From: Occultella glacieicola
GTDB lineage: Bacteria > Actinomycetota > Actinomycetes > Actinomycetales > Beutenbergiaceae
DNA length: 64,000 nt
Direction of reading: 5' to 3'
Assembly: GCF_004353825.1 (NCBI RefSeq)
Contig: NZ_SMNA01000007.1
Location: 186,001-250,000, forward strand
This document shows positions 37,909 to 47,644 of the stretch, one piece after another (position 1 is the stretch's first letter; the number at the start of each line of letters is the position of its first letter). The notes under the pieces are model-generated. The model had not been told where the DNA came from. It ran no database searches and saw only the letters and a program-made list of their open reading frames with translations. A program made the position numbers and the translations under genes.

Positions 37909-38673
37909 TCAGTCCTCGATCACCGAGAGGATGTTGCCGGCCGGGTCGGTGAACCACGCGATCAGCGGCCCGCCACCCCGGTGGATGCCGAGCTCGTCCT
38001 GATCCATCTGCTGATACCGCTCGAACACGACGCCGCGGGCCGTGAGGTCGCGCACCGTCGACTCGATGTCGACGCTCGGCAGGTTGAGGACCGTGTACGT
38101 CGCCGGCACGTGGTCGGGCTTCGGATAGATGAGCACGTTGCGGTGGCCAAGACGCACGGTCACCATGCCGTCGTCCTCGACGACCTGCAGCCCGAGCACG
38201 TCACGGTAGAAGGCGGCGGCGGCCGCGGTGTCCGGGGCGGCGAAGCCGGAGAAGGACGCGGAGGGGAGCAGCCCGGCGGGCAGGCTCGTGTCCCCACCGG
38301 CCTCCATGGTGGCCCGCTCGGCCGGACTGACCTGGATGACCTGGACGTAGTTGCCGTCCGGGTCCTCGGCGGTCGCGAACAGGCTGCCGTCCCGGTCCTC
38401 GAGCGGCGCGACCCAGCGCGCGCCGGCGGCGTCGATGCGCTCCGAGACGGCCCGGGCGTCCGTCACGTCGAAGTTCAGGATCAGGCGGGCCGGATCCGGG
38501 TGGGCCGGCTGCACATCGTCGCGGGGGTCGAGGAACAGGTAGAAGCCGCCATAGTCGAGTACCCAGTACGACCCGGCCCGGTCGGCCCGCTCCGGCGGCA
38601 GCACCGTCGTGTACCAGGCGTGCAGACGGTCGAGGTCGGTGGTGCCCAGCATGATCGAGTCGATGGTGGCCAT
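37909..38673 (-). CDS. Two-domain VOC family protein
   Basis: Two VOC repeats ending EDPDGN and FTDPAGN. Confidence 0.82.
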   Translation of the reverse strand: MATIDSIMLGTTDLDRLHAWYTTVLPPERADRAGSYWVLDYGGFYLFLDPRDDVQPAHPDPARLILNFDVTDARAVSERIDAAGARWVAPLEDRDGSLFATAEDPDGNYVQVIQVSPAERATMEAGGDTSLPAGLLPSASFSGFAAPDTAAAAAFYRDVLGLQVVEDDGMVTVRLGHRNVLIYPKPDHVPATYTVLNLPSVDIESTVRDLTARGVVFERYQQMDQDELGIHRGGGPLIAWFTDPAGNILSVIED

Positions 38674-38892
38674 TTCTGCCTCCGTGCGTCGTTCGCGAGC
38701 AGCGGCCGCTCCGGTGCCCGTCATCTGGTCAGACCCGGGCCGCGGCGGGAAGTCATCGGCTCCGGACCACCGCCGAGCGAGGGGCCGGCGCCGCCCCCGG
38801 CCGGCTCGGCGGTGTCCCCCTCCGTGAGTGGCGATCGGAGCAGCATCCTCGCCACGGTGCCGACGTTCAGACTCCTCTGATACAGAGGAGGG

Positions 38893-39975
38893 ATGGATTA
38901 CTGGCCCGTCCTCAGTTGGATCATCGCCGTCGCACTCTCGGCCGCGGTGGTCGCCCTCGTCCTGTTCGTCGCGAACCTGGTACTCACGCGCGTCGGTCGC
39001 CGGCTGCCCTGGGTGCGGATCGGCTGGCTCCAGGTCCGCAGACCCTTCGGCGCCCTGCTGCTGGCGATCGCGCTCCGGACCGGCGTCGCCGCGAACGCCG
39101 AACCAGGGACGTTCCGGGACGTCAGCCTGCACGTCCTGCTGATCGCCGTGGTCGTCTCGGCGGTGTGGCTGGCCGCCACCCTGGTGCTGGAGTGGCTCGC
39201 GTACACCCAGCGGCGGGTGGTCGCCCGGAAGGCCGACGATCGTGGACGGCGTCGCGCCCAGACCCAGATGCAGCTGATCAGGCGCGTGGTCGCCGTGGTC
39301 TTCGTGATCATCGGGGTCGCGCTCGTCCTGCTCACGTTCCCCGGCGTGGAGCGGGTGGGGGCGACGATCCTCGCCTCGGCGGGTGTGCTCTCCGTGGTCA
39401 TCGGGATCGCCGCCCAGTCCAGTCTGGGGAACGTGTTCGCCGGCCTGCAACTCGCCTTCACGGACGCGATCCGGATCGGGGACGTGGTCGAGGTCGACGG
39501 CACCTGGAGCACCATCGAGGACATCACGCTCTCCTACGTGGTGGTGAGCATCTGGGACGAACGGCACAAGGTGCTGCCCTCCACGTACTTCACCACGATC
39601 CCGTTCATCAACTGGAGCCGGACCGGGGACAGTGTGACCGGGACGTTCCTGATGTCCCTGGACTGGCGGGTCGACCTGGACGCGCTCCGTGCCGAGTTCG
39701 AGCGGGCGGTCGACGCCAGCGACCTGTGGGACGGCCGGGCCCGGTCGATCCTGGTCACCGACGCGGAGGGCGAGCGGCTGAGCATCCGGGTGCTCGTCAC
39801 CACCGCGAACACCGACGACGACTGGACCCTCCAATGCCTGGTCCGGGAGCACCTCGCGACCTGGCTGCGGGAGCACAACCCCGAGGCGCTGCCGGTGCAG
39901 CGGGTCATGATGGTCTCGTCCGGGCCGCACGGTGCGACGGACGACGAGGTGGAGCACCCGGCACGCGCCGGCTAG
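38893..39975 (+). CDS. MscS mechanosensitive channel family protein
   Basis: GIAAQSSLGNVFAG, IRIGDVV, IEDITL, PFINW. Confidence 0.9.
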   Translation: MDYWPVLSWIIAVALSAAVVALVLFVANLVLTRVGRRLPWVRIGWLQVRRPFGALLLAIALRTGVAANAEPGTFRDVSLHVLLIAVVVSAVWLAATLVLEWLAYTQRRVVARKADDRGRRRAQTQMQLIRRVVAVVFVIIGVALVLLTFPGVERVGATILASAGVLSVVIGIAAQSSLGNVFAGLQLAFTDAIRIGDVVEVDGTWSTIEDITLSYVVVSIWDERHKVLPSTYFTTIPFINWSRTGDSVTGTFLMSLDWRVDLDALRAEFERAVDASDLWDGRARSILVTDAEGERLSIRVLVTTANTDDDWTLQCLVREHLATWLREHNPEALPVQRVMMVSSGPHGATDDEVEHPARAG

Positions 39976-39992
39976 CGATCGGGAGGACCAGG

Positions 39993-40595
39993 ATGCCGAA
40001 CTACCCGCGCATGTACCGCTGGGGCGTCACGCCCTGGGAGCGCTACGCACCGGCCGCGACCAGGACGCTGGCCAGCCTGTTGGACCGGGTCGAGAGCGAC
40101 CGCGGCCGGCGTGGTGGCTCAATCGGGCGTGCCGTGGACCTGGGCTGTGGGCGGGGCCTGTTCACTCCCGAACTCGCGCGGCGGGGCTGGGACGCCACCG
40201 GCATCGACTACGTTCCCGAGGCGATCGAGGCCGCCAGGCGAGCGGGCCCACCCGAGGTGACCTACGCCGTCGGGGACGTCACCGACCTGGCCGGCGCCGG
40301 TCTGGACCCGTTCGACCTGTTCCTCGACATCGGCTGCTTCCAGGGTTTCGACGCCGCCGGGCGCGCCGCCCAGGGCCGCGGCGTCACCGCGCTCGCGCGG
40401 CCCGGGGCGACGCTGCTGATGCTCGCGTTCGGACCGACCTGGCTCCGCTCGCAGATCGGTGGGGTGTCCCAGGCGCAGGTCGAGGAGGCGTTCGTGGGCT
40501 GGGAACTGGTCGCCACCGAGCCGGCCCCGACGGCGGGACTCGGCTGGCCGATGAACCGCACCTCGCCGAGGTGGTACCGGTTCGAACTGCGGTAG
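39993..40595 (+). CDS. Class I SAM-dependent methyltransferase
   Basis: TPW, DLGCGRG, GIDY, DIGCF. Confidence 0.85.
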   Translation: MPNYPRMYRWGVTPWERYAPAATRTLASLLDRVESDRGRRGGSIGRAVDLGCGRGLFTPELARRGWDATGIDYVPEAIEAARRAGPPEVTYAVGDVTDLAGAGLDPFDLFLDIGCFQGFDAAGRAAQGRGVTALARPGATLLMLAFGPTWLRSQIGGVSQAQVEEAFVGWELVATEPAPTAGLGWPMNRTSPRWYRFELR

Positions 40596-40637
40596 CGCAG
40601 GTCCGGCCCGGCGGGCCGGTCCGGCTGCGCCCGACGG

Positions 40638-41462
40638 TCAGAGCGACCGGGCGAGCTCCTGCAGCGTTTCCGATGTTCCGCCGTCGACCTTCACGGTGGC
40701 GAGCGGGTCGCCACGCGTGCCCCCGCGGTTGACGATGGCCACCGGCATGCCCTCGCGGTGGGCGTGGCGCACGAACCGGAGGCCGGACATGACGGTCAGC
40801 GACGAACCCGCCACGAGCAGCGCCTGGCCGGAGTCGACCAGCTCGAACGCGGTGTGCACCCGCTCCTTCGGGACGTTCTCGCCGAAGTAGACGATGTTGG
40901 GCTTGAGCATGCCGCCGCACACGGGGCAGTCGAGGACCCGGAACGACTCGGTCGCGGCGATCACGGCATCCGCGTCCGGTGCGATCTCGACGTCGCCGAC
41001 CTCGGTCGTGAACTCCGGGTTCAGCGCGTCCAGCCGCTCGTGCACCTCGGCGCGGGTGAACACCGTGCCGCACTGCAGGCAGATCACCTCGTTGTAGTGC
41101 CCGTGCAGGTCGATGACCCGCCTCGACCCGGCCCGCTCGTGCAGCAGGTCCACGTTCTGGGTGATCACGCCGAGCACGATCCCACGATCCTCGAGCCCGA
41201 CCAGGGCGCGGTGTCCGGCGTTCGGCTCGGTGCGGCGCAGGTGTCGCCAGCCCACGTGGTTGCGGGCCCAGTAGTGGCGCCGGAACGCGGAGTCGCCGAC
41301 GAACTGCTGGTAGGTCATCGGGGTCCGCGGCGGGGAGCCCGGACCGCGGTAGTCCGGGATCCCGGAGTCGGTCGAGATCCCCGCGCCGGTCAGGACCGCG
41401 AACCGCTTCCCGGAGAGCAACGCCACCAGGTCGGCGAGCGCGGACTCCGTGGTCTTGGTCAC
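40638..41462 (-). CDS. cobB: NAD-dependent protein deacylase (Sir2 family)
   Basis: GAGISTDSGIPDYR, TQNVD, HG, two CxxC, GSSL. Confidence 0.92.
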   Translation of the reverse strand: MTKTTESALADLVALLSGKRFAVLTGAGISTDSGIPDYRGPGSPPRTPMTYQQFVGDSAFRRHYWARNHVGWRHLRRTEPNAGHRALVGLEDRGIVLGVITQNVDLLHERAGSRRVIDLHGHYNEVICLQCGTVFTRAEVHERLDALNPEFTTEVGDVEIAPDADAVIAATESFRVLDCPVCGGMLKPNIVYFGENVPKERVHTAFELVDSGQALLVAGSSLTVMSGLRFVRHAHREGMPVAIVNRGGTRGDPLATVKVDGGTSETLQELARSL

Positions 41463-41552
41463 GTTCGCCAGCCTAACGGCGCGGGATCACGGGCGGCCAC
41501 GAGGAGGCCGGTTTGGGCGTGGAGCCCGGCTCCGGGTAACCTGTCCCGGCCA

Positions 41553-41643
41553 GGTAGCGTGTCCGAGCGGCCGAAGGTGCAGCACTCGAAATGCTGTGTG
41601 GGTCAACAGCCCACCGTGGGTTCAAATCCCACCGCTACCGCCA
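41553..41643 (+). tRNA. tRNA-Ser(CGA)
   Basis: Acceptor ggtagcg/cgctacc, anticodon arm cagca-ctCGAaa-tgctg, long variable arm, ggttcaaatcc, encoded CCA. Confidence 0.97.
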
Positions 41644-41646
41644 TCT

Positions 41647-41672
41647 GGAGGGGCCCCGGCCGGGGCCCTTCC
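41647..41672 (+). terminator. Hairpin after tRNA
   Basis: ggaggggcccc-ggcc-ggggcccttcc. Confidence 0.6.
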
Positions 41673-41712
41673 GGGTTTCCGCCGGAGCGTGTCCGCCAGC
41701 CGGCCACATGAG

Positions 41713-42753
41713 TCAGCGCGGTGGTGGTGGCGGCGCCGTGCTGCCGCGCACGACGAGGGTGGTCGGCAACAGCACGCGTTCGTCGTACCCGACGCTGCCG
41801 GGCTCGGTGACCTGTTGCAGGAGCAGTCGGACGAGTTCGTGGCCGGCGCGGCGGAAGTCCTGCCGGACGGTCGTCAGCGGCGGCTCGGAGAACTCGCTCA
41901 GTTCGATGTCGTCGAACCCGACGACGGAGAGCTCCTCGGGCACGCGGCGACCGACCTCGTGGGCGGCGCGCAGGAGGCCGAACGCCATGTCGTCGTTGGC
42001 CACGTACACGGCCGTGACCGAGTCGTCGGCGACGATCTCCCGGCCCACCTCGTGCCCGGACCGGGCCGACCAGTCGCCCCGCCAGGCCGGCGGGGGACTG
42101 ATGCCGGCACCTTCCAGGGTGCGGTGCCAGCTCGCGGCGCGCGTGGTGGCCGGCTCGGAGTCGGGTGGGCCGGCCAGGTGGTGCACCGTCGCGTGGCCCA
42201 GCCCGAGAAGGTACTCGACGGCGTCCCTGGTGCCCTGGACCTGGTCCGCACCGACGTCCGGGTAGTACCCGATGAACCGGGAGTCGGACACGGAGACCGG
42301 CATGCCGGACGGCAGCAGGAACGACTCGGGGGTGGTCTCCTCGGCGCGGATGATGATCAGGCCGTCGACGGCCTGGTGGGAGAGCCGCTGGACGGCATGC
42401 CGCCAGCCGCCGGCCTCGGGTTCGCGGACCGCGAGCAGCGTGACCGAGTACCCCTCGGCCTCGGCCGCCTCGACGACCGACTGGGTCGTGAGGGCCTCGC
42501 CGGTGCGCGCGAACGTGCGGGCGATCAGACCGATCGAACCGAAGGCCCCGTTGCGCAGGGCCCGGGCGGCACGGTTCGGGGTGTAGCCGAGCCGGTCCAT
42601 GGCCCTGAGGACCCGTTCCCGGGTCGCCGGGCGTACGTTGCCTGCCTCGTTCGCGACCCGGGAGACGGTCTGCGCCGAGACCCCCGCGAGCCCGGCCACG
42701 TCCTCGATCGAGGGGCCCCGACTTCGGCGTCGGGAGCCCCGGTTGCTCACCAT
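41713..42753 (-). CDS. LacI family regulator
   Basis: SIEDVAGLAGVSAQTVSRV, Y.PN, VVGFDD, PPLTTV.Q. Confidence 0.93.
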   Translation of the reverse strand: MVSNRGSRRRSRGPSIEDVAGLAGVSAQTVSRVANEAGNVRPATRERVLRAMDRLGYTPNRAARALRNGAFGSIGLIARTFARTGEALTTQSVVEAAEAEGYSVTLLAVREPEAGGWRHAVQRLSHQAVDGLIIIRAEETTPESFLLPSGMPVSVSDSRFIGYYPDVGADQVQGTRDAVEYLLGLGHATVHHLAGPPDSEPATTRAASWHRTLEGAGISPPPAWRGDWSARSGHEVGREIVADDSVTAVYVANDDMAFGLLRAAHEVGRRVPEELSVVGFDDIELSEFSEPPLTTVRQDFRRAGHELVRLLLQQVTEPGSVGYDERVLLPTTLVVRGSTAPPPPPR

Positions 42754-42773
42754 GTCGAGCGAGTCTAGCGGAG

Positions 42774-42890
42774 ATGGTGACGTCAACATCCAGCCTTCGC
42801 GGAGCCGGCCAAGGGCTCGATCGTTACGGGAGCGTGATGCAAGATCGGGTGCCGATCGGGGTTGGCCTGGTGCTACGTTGACGTTAACAT
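42774..42890. promoter_or_regulatory. Two LacI-type operators
   Basis: ATGGTGACGTCAACAT at 42774 and ACGTTGACGTTAACAT at 42875. Confidence 0.7.
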
Positions 42891-43085
42891 TCTGCGTCAC
42901 CGACACCGTCGTCCTCCAATCATCGCTCCGGCCACCGGGGCGGGCCGGATGGGTGACGATGCCGACCGCAGGAACAACCGCCGGCACTACCGTGCCGCGC
43001 TACAGATCAGGAAGGCGGCGTCGCCTTCCAGGGAGGCACCGACCCGTACCTCGGTGCGATACGGCCAACGAAGGACTTGTATCCG

Positions 43086-44396
43086 ATGCGCAAGAAGATG
43101 ACACTCGCGTCCGTGGCCGGCGTGGCCACGATCACGCTGGCCCTCGCCGCGTGCGGCGGCGGCGACGGTTCCACCGGCGGCGACGGTGGCGGCGGGGGTG
43201 AGGGCGATGGGAGCCTCACCGTCTGGGCCTGGGACCCGGCGTTCAACGTCTACGCGATGAACGAAGCCGCGACCATCTACCAGCAGGACAATCCGGACGT
43301 CACGGTGGAGGTGATCGAGACCCCCTGGGAGGACATCCAGACCAAGCTCACCACGCTCGCCCAGACGGGCGAGCTGGAGGAGCTGCCGGACATCTTCCTG
43401 ATGCAGAACAACGCCTTCCAGAAGAACCTGATCAACTATCCCGAGCTCTTCACCGACATCACCGACTCCGGCATCGACTTCGCGGAGTTCCCGGAGTCGG
43501 TCGTCGCGTTCTCCACCACCGAGGGCGCCAACTACGGCGTGCCGTTCGACAACGGCGCCGCCGTGACCGCGCTGCGCACCGACGTCCTCGCCGAGGCGGG
43601 CTACACGATCGAGGACTTCACCGACATCACCTGGGACGAGTTCATCGCGAACGGCGAGGACATCCTCGCCCAGACCGGCAAGCCGCTGCTCTCCGGTGTG
43701 GCCGGTGAGTCCGACCTGATCACGATGATCCTGCAGAGCACGGGCGGCAGCCTGTTCGACGCCGACGGCAACCCGACCATCAGCGACAACGACGCCCTGC
43801 TGCAGGCGATCGACGTCTACACCCGCCTGGTGGAGTCCGGGCTGTTCGTCGAGGTCAACTCCTGGGACGAGTACATCGGCACCTTCGTGAACTCGAACGT
43901 CGCGGGGACGATCAACGGCATCTGGATCCTGGGCTCGATCCAGACCGCCGAGGACCAGACCGGCCTGTGGAACATCACCAACCTGCCGAGCCTCGAGGGT
44001 GTCGGTGAGGCGACGAACTACTCCGCCAACGGTGGTTCGTCCTGGGTGGTCAGCTCGAACGCCGACGCGGAGCTGGCGGAGGACTTCCTCGGCGCGACCT
44101 TCGCCGGGTCCACCGAGTTCTACGACACGATCCTGCCGTCGTCCGGCGCGATCGCGAACTGGATCCCGGCGAGCGAGTCCGAGGTCTACGCCGAGCCGCA
44201 CCCCTTCTTCGCCGACCAGCCCGTGTTCCAGCTCGCCGTCGAGTTCGGCGCGCAGGTGCCGAGCGTCAACACCGGTGCGTACTACTACGAGGGTCGCGAC
44301 GCCGTCAGCGCCGCGATCACGAACATCCTCAACGGTGCGGATCCGGCGGACGCCCTGGCCGAGGCCCAGGCGACCGTCGAGTTCGCGATGCAGTAA
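43086..44396 (+). CDS. Sugar ABC substrate-binding lipoprotein (lactose/arabinoside-type)
   Basis: Lipobox LAAC; TVWAWD, LPDI, NGGSSW. Confidence 0.9.
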   Translation: MRKKMTLASVAGVATITLALAACGGGDGSTGGDGGGGGEGDGSLTVWAWDPAFNVYAMNEAATIYQQDNPDVTVEVIETPWEDIQTKLTTLAQTGELEELPDIFLMQNNAFQKNLINYPELFTDITDSGIDFAEFPESVVAFSTTEGANYGVPFDNGAAVTALRTDVLAEAGYTIEDFTDITWDEFIANGEDILAQTGKPLLSGVAGESDLITMILQSTGGSLFDADGNPTISDNDALLQAIDVYTRLVESGLFVEVNSWDEYIGTFVNSNVAGTINGIWILGSIQTAEDQTGLWNITNLPSLEGVGEATNYSANGGSSWVVSSNADAELAEDFLGATFAGSTEFYDTILPSSGAIANWIPASESEVYAEPHPFFADQPVFQLAVEFGAQVPSVNTGAYYYEGRDAVSAAITNILNGADPADALAEAQATVEFAMQ

Positions 44397-44409
44397 ACCC
44401 ACCCTGCAT

Positions 44410-44440
44410 GGAGAGGGCCGGCCACGGGTCGGCCCTCTCC
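44410..44440 (+). other. Intra-operon hairpin after the binding-protein gene
   Basis: ggagagggccggcc-acg-ggtcggccctctcc. Confidence 0.6.
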
Positions 44441-44460
44441 CCGTGAACGAGAGGATCACC

Positions 44461-45414
44461 ATGTCAACGCAAGTCACCCCCGTGGTGTCCCCGGACCGGC
44501 ATCGGGACGAACGACCGCCGTCCGGTCGCGGGTTCGGGAGCCTGGGCGGACGCCGCTCGCTGACCGGCTGGATATTCCTCCTGCCCGCCGCGCTGCTCAT
44601 CCTGGTGATGAACTTCTGGCCGATGTTCCAGGCGTTCATCCTGTCCCTGCAGACCGGGCGCGGTGCCCAGCTCTCCTTCGCCGAACCACTCTGGTTCAAC
44701 TACGAGCGGCTGCTCGCCGACCAGACGTTCTGGATGACCCTGCGCACCACGCTGCTCTACCTGGTCATCCAGGTGCCGATCATGCTGGCGGTCGCGCTGG
44801 TCCTGGCCAACATCCTGAACAACCCGAGGTTGCGGTTCAAGGGGATGTGGCGCACGGCGATCTTCCTCCCGTGCGCGGTCTCGCTCGTGTCCTACGCGCT
44901 CGTGTTCCGGACGATGTTCGCCACCGACGGCCTGGTCAACGACGTGCTGACCGGGATCAATCTGATCGACGCACCGATCAACTGGCTCGGGCAGACCCAC
45001 ACGGCCCAGTTCGTGATCATCATCGGGCTGCTGTGGCGGTGGACCGGCTACAACATGGTCTTCTACCTGGCCGGCCTGCAGAACATCGACCACTCGACCG
45101 TGGAGGCGGCGAAGGTCGACGGAGCCAATGCCGCCAAGACCTTCTGGTACGTCACCCTCCCGCAACTGAAGCCGATGATCCTGCTGACCGCGATCATGTC
45201 GACGAACGGGACCATCCAACTCTTCGACGAGTCGTACAACCTCACCGCCGGCGGACCGGCGTACACCTCGATGTCCGTGTCGCACTACCTGTACGAGGTC
45301 TCGTTCGTGCAGAACCCGAACTTCGGGTACGCGGCCGCCATCTCCTACGTGATCCTCGTGATCGTCGCGCTGCTCGCGGCGATCCAGCTGAAAGTGGGTG
45401 ACAAGCGTGACTAG
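44461..45414 (+). CDS. Carbohydrate ABC permease
   Basis: WRWTGYN; EAAKVDGA (EAA loop). Confidence 0.92.
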   Translation: MSTQVTPVVSPDRHRDERPPSGRGFGSLGGRRSLTGWIFLLPAALLILVMNFWPMFQAFILSLQTGRGAQLSFAEPLWFNYERLLADQTFWMTLRTTLLYLVIQVPIMLAVALVLANILNNPRLRFKGMWRTAIFLPCAVSLVSYALVFRTMFATDGLVNDVLTGINLIDAPINWLGQTHTAQFVIIIGLLWRWTGYNMVFYLAGLQNIDHSTVEAAKVDGANAAKTFWYVTLPQLKPMILLTAIMSTNGTIQLFDESYNLTAGGPAYTSMSVSHYLYEVSFVQNPNFGYAAAISYVILVIVALLAAIQLKVGDKRD

Positions 45415-46219
45415 GCGCTCGCTGCGCAGTCTGCCCAGCCTCGTGTTCCTGACCCTGGCGGCGCTCGCGTCGGTCTTCCCGCTCTACTTCATGGTCGTGT
45501 CCGCGACCAACACGAGCCAGGACGTTCTGGGGTCACGGCTGTTGCCGGGCGGACAGCTGGTCGACAACCTCAACAAGCTCCTGGCCGCCCAGGACCTCGG
45601 CGCCGCGATGTGGAACTCCACGTTGAACGCAGTCGGGACCACCGTGCTCGCGCTGCTGGTGTGTTCGATCGCCGGGTACGGGTTCGAGGTCTTCCACTCG
45701 CGGAACAAGGACCGCCTGATGGGTGTCCTGCTGCTCGCGATGATGATCCCGTTCGCTGCGACCATGATCCCGTTGTTCCGGATGTTCGCGGACTTCGGGC
45801 TGACCAGCACCACGATCGCGGTCATCCTCCCGGCGATCTCGGTGCCGTTCGTCATCCTGCTGTTCCGGCAGGCCGCCCGGTCGTTCCCGCACGAGATCGT
45901 CGAGGCCGCGCGGATCGACGGGCTGCGGGAACTGGGCATCTTCCTGCGGATCTTCATCCCGACGATGCGCTCCACCTACGCGGCGGCGGCGGTCGTGATC
46001 TTCATGACCGCGTGGAACAACTTCCTCTGGCCCAAGGTCATCCTGATCAACGAGGCGTTCCAGACGATGCCGATGCTGATCTCGAACCTGACCTCCGGGT
46101 ACGTCACGGACTACGGCGTGCTCATGCTCGCGGTGCTGTTGACGTCACTGCCGACGATGGTGCTGTTCCTCGTGCTGCAGCGGGCCTTCGCGCAGGGGAT
46201 CACCGGCGCCATCAAGTGA
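45398..46219 (+). CDS. Carbohydrate ABC permease
   Basis: EAARIDG, WNNFLWP, GAIK end. Confidence 0.92.
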   Translation: MTSVTRRSLRSLPSLVFLTLAALASVFPLYFMVVSATNTSQDVLGSRLLPGGQLVDNLNKLLAAQDLGAAMWNSTLNAVGTTVLALLVCSIAGYGFEVFHSRNKDRLMGVLLLAMMIPFAATMIPLFRMFADFGLTSTTIAVILPAISVPFVILLFRQAARSFPHEIVEAARIDGLRELGIFLRIFIPTMRSTYAAAAVVIFMTAWNNFLWPKVILINEAFQTMPMLISNLTSGYVTDYGVLMLAVLLTSLPTMVLFLVLQRAFAQGITGAIK

Positions 46220-46339
46220 CATGCCGCGCCGGCGCCCTCGCTGCCGACCGGGCTGAACCGACCGATCTACCGAGCGCGTCAGGGCCGTCGGCGCACGCCG
46301 GCGGCGACGGGTCTGATGATCCGCCGTCAGTGAGGCCGG

Positions 46340-47347
46340 TCAGGAGGGCGCAGGCCCGGTCGACTCCCGCCAGACCACCGTGCCGACCGGTTCGTCGTCG
46401 ACCGGGTCCGGTGCGTCGTTGAGGGCGGCCAGCAGCCGGGTGATCGCGCGCCTGCCGAGCCGTTCGTGGGCCATGATCACGGTGGTGATGGTCGGCGACA
46501 GGACGGCGCCGAGCTTGTTGTTGTCCCAGCCCGTGATGCTCACGTCCTCGGGCACTCGCCAGCCGCGGGTGAACGCACCCCGCAGCGCCCCGGCCGCGAC
46601 CACGTCGTTTCCCGCGATCACGGCGGTCGCTGCGCCGACCGGCAACTCGAGCATGGCCTGTTCCGCCAGTTCGGCGCTCCAGTCGCAGTCGATCACGCCG
46701 TGGGACTCCAGGCCGAGTCGGGGGATTGTGGCGAGGTACATGTCGCGACGACGCCGGGCCGAGGTGTGTGCGTAGTCGCCGGCCAGGTGGACGAACCGGC
46801 GATGGCCGAGTTCGGCGAGGCCCTCGATGAGCTCCGCGACCGGTGCGGCGTCAGCGAGTTCGCCGATGCTGCGCATCTGGTCGTCGTACTCGGGGGAGAT
46901 CACGATCGCGGTCCGCTCGTGCTGGCGCTGCGCCGACTCCGGCAACGGCATCAGTGAGGCGATGCCCTCGAAGAGCCCGGACTCGGCGAGCTCGTGCACA
47001 CGTCCGGAGCGCTCGGCGACCGGGCCGCCGAGGGTGACGACGTCGAGGATGTACCCGGCATCGTGGGCCGCGGCCGTCGCGCCGGCAAGGATCTCGAGAG
47101 AGCTGACCGTGGTGCCGGTCGGCAGGATGAACGCCAGCCGGCCTGTCTTGCGCCCGCGCATCGCCCGGGCCACGAGGTTCGGGCGGTAGTCGAGCTGGTC
47201 GATCGCGGTGCGGATCCGCTCCCGGGTCTGCGCACTGATCCGGGGGTCGTCGTGGAGGAACCGCGAGACGGTCTGGTGGGAGACTCCCGCGAGACGAGCC
47301 ACCTCGCGAATGGTGGGCCGGCGCGTCCCGGATGCACTCTGGCTCAC
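46340..47347 (-). CDS. LacI family regulator
   Basis: TIREVARLAGVSHQTVSR, YRPN, VPEDVSITGWD. Confidence 0.92.
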   Translation of the reverse strand: MSQSASGTRRPTIREVARLAGVSHQTVSRFLHDDPRISAQTRERIRTAIDQLDYRPNLVARAMRGRKTGRLAFILPTGTTVSSLEILAGATAAAHDAGYILDVVTLGGPVAERSGRVHELAESGLFEGIASLMPLPESAQRQHERTAIVISPEYDDQMRSIGELADAAPVAELIEGLAELGHRRFVHLAGDYAHTSARRRRDMYLATIPRLGLESHGVIDCDWSAELAEQAMLELPVGAATAVIAGNDVVAAGALRGAFTRGWRVPEDVSITGWDNNKLGAVLSPTITTVIMAHERLGRRAITRLLAALNDAPDPVDDEPVGTVVWRESTGPAPS

Positions 47348-47415
47348 GCTCGCCCTCCTCGGTGGTTGTGGGCCCGGTCGCTGCCGCGCGCAGATCCGAG
47401 TCAACGTGGACGGTA

Positions 47416-47568
47416 GTGATCGGTCACATGGGCGTCAACCCAGCGAACAGCGGAGAGATCCCTTGATAGCGCTCACAACAGTCGACTCAGGACGCAGGAT
47501 CCGAGACAGGGCAGTGACTTCAGGCTTGCGCAGTCGGCCCCGGCCATGTCAGTCTTGTAACGATTCAC
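47416..47568. promoter_or_regulatory. LacI-type operator-like sites
   Basis: GTGATCGGTCAC at 47416, TTGATAGCGCTCACAA at 47463, TTGTAACGATTCAC at 47555. Confidence 0.5.
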
Positions 47569-47644
47569 GATCGAGGTTGACCGTCATGTGACCGTGCGCA
47601 TAGCCTCGGCCCCACATTCCGCTTCAGAGCAGAGAGGCTCCCCC

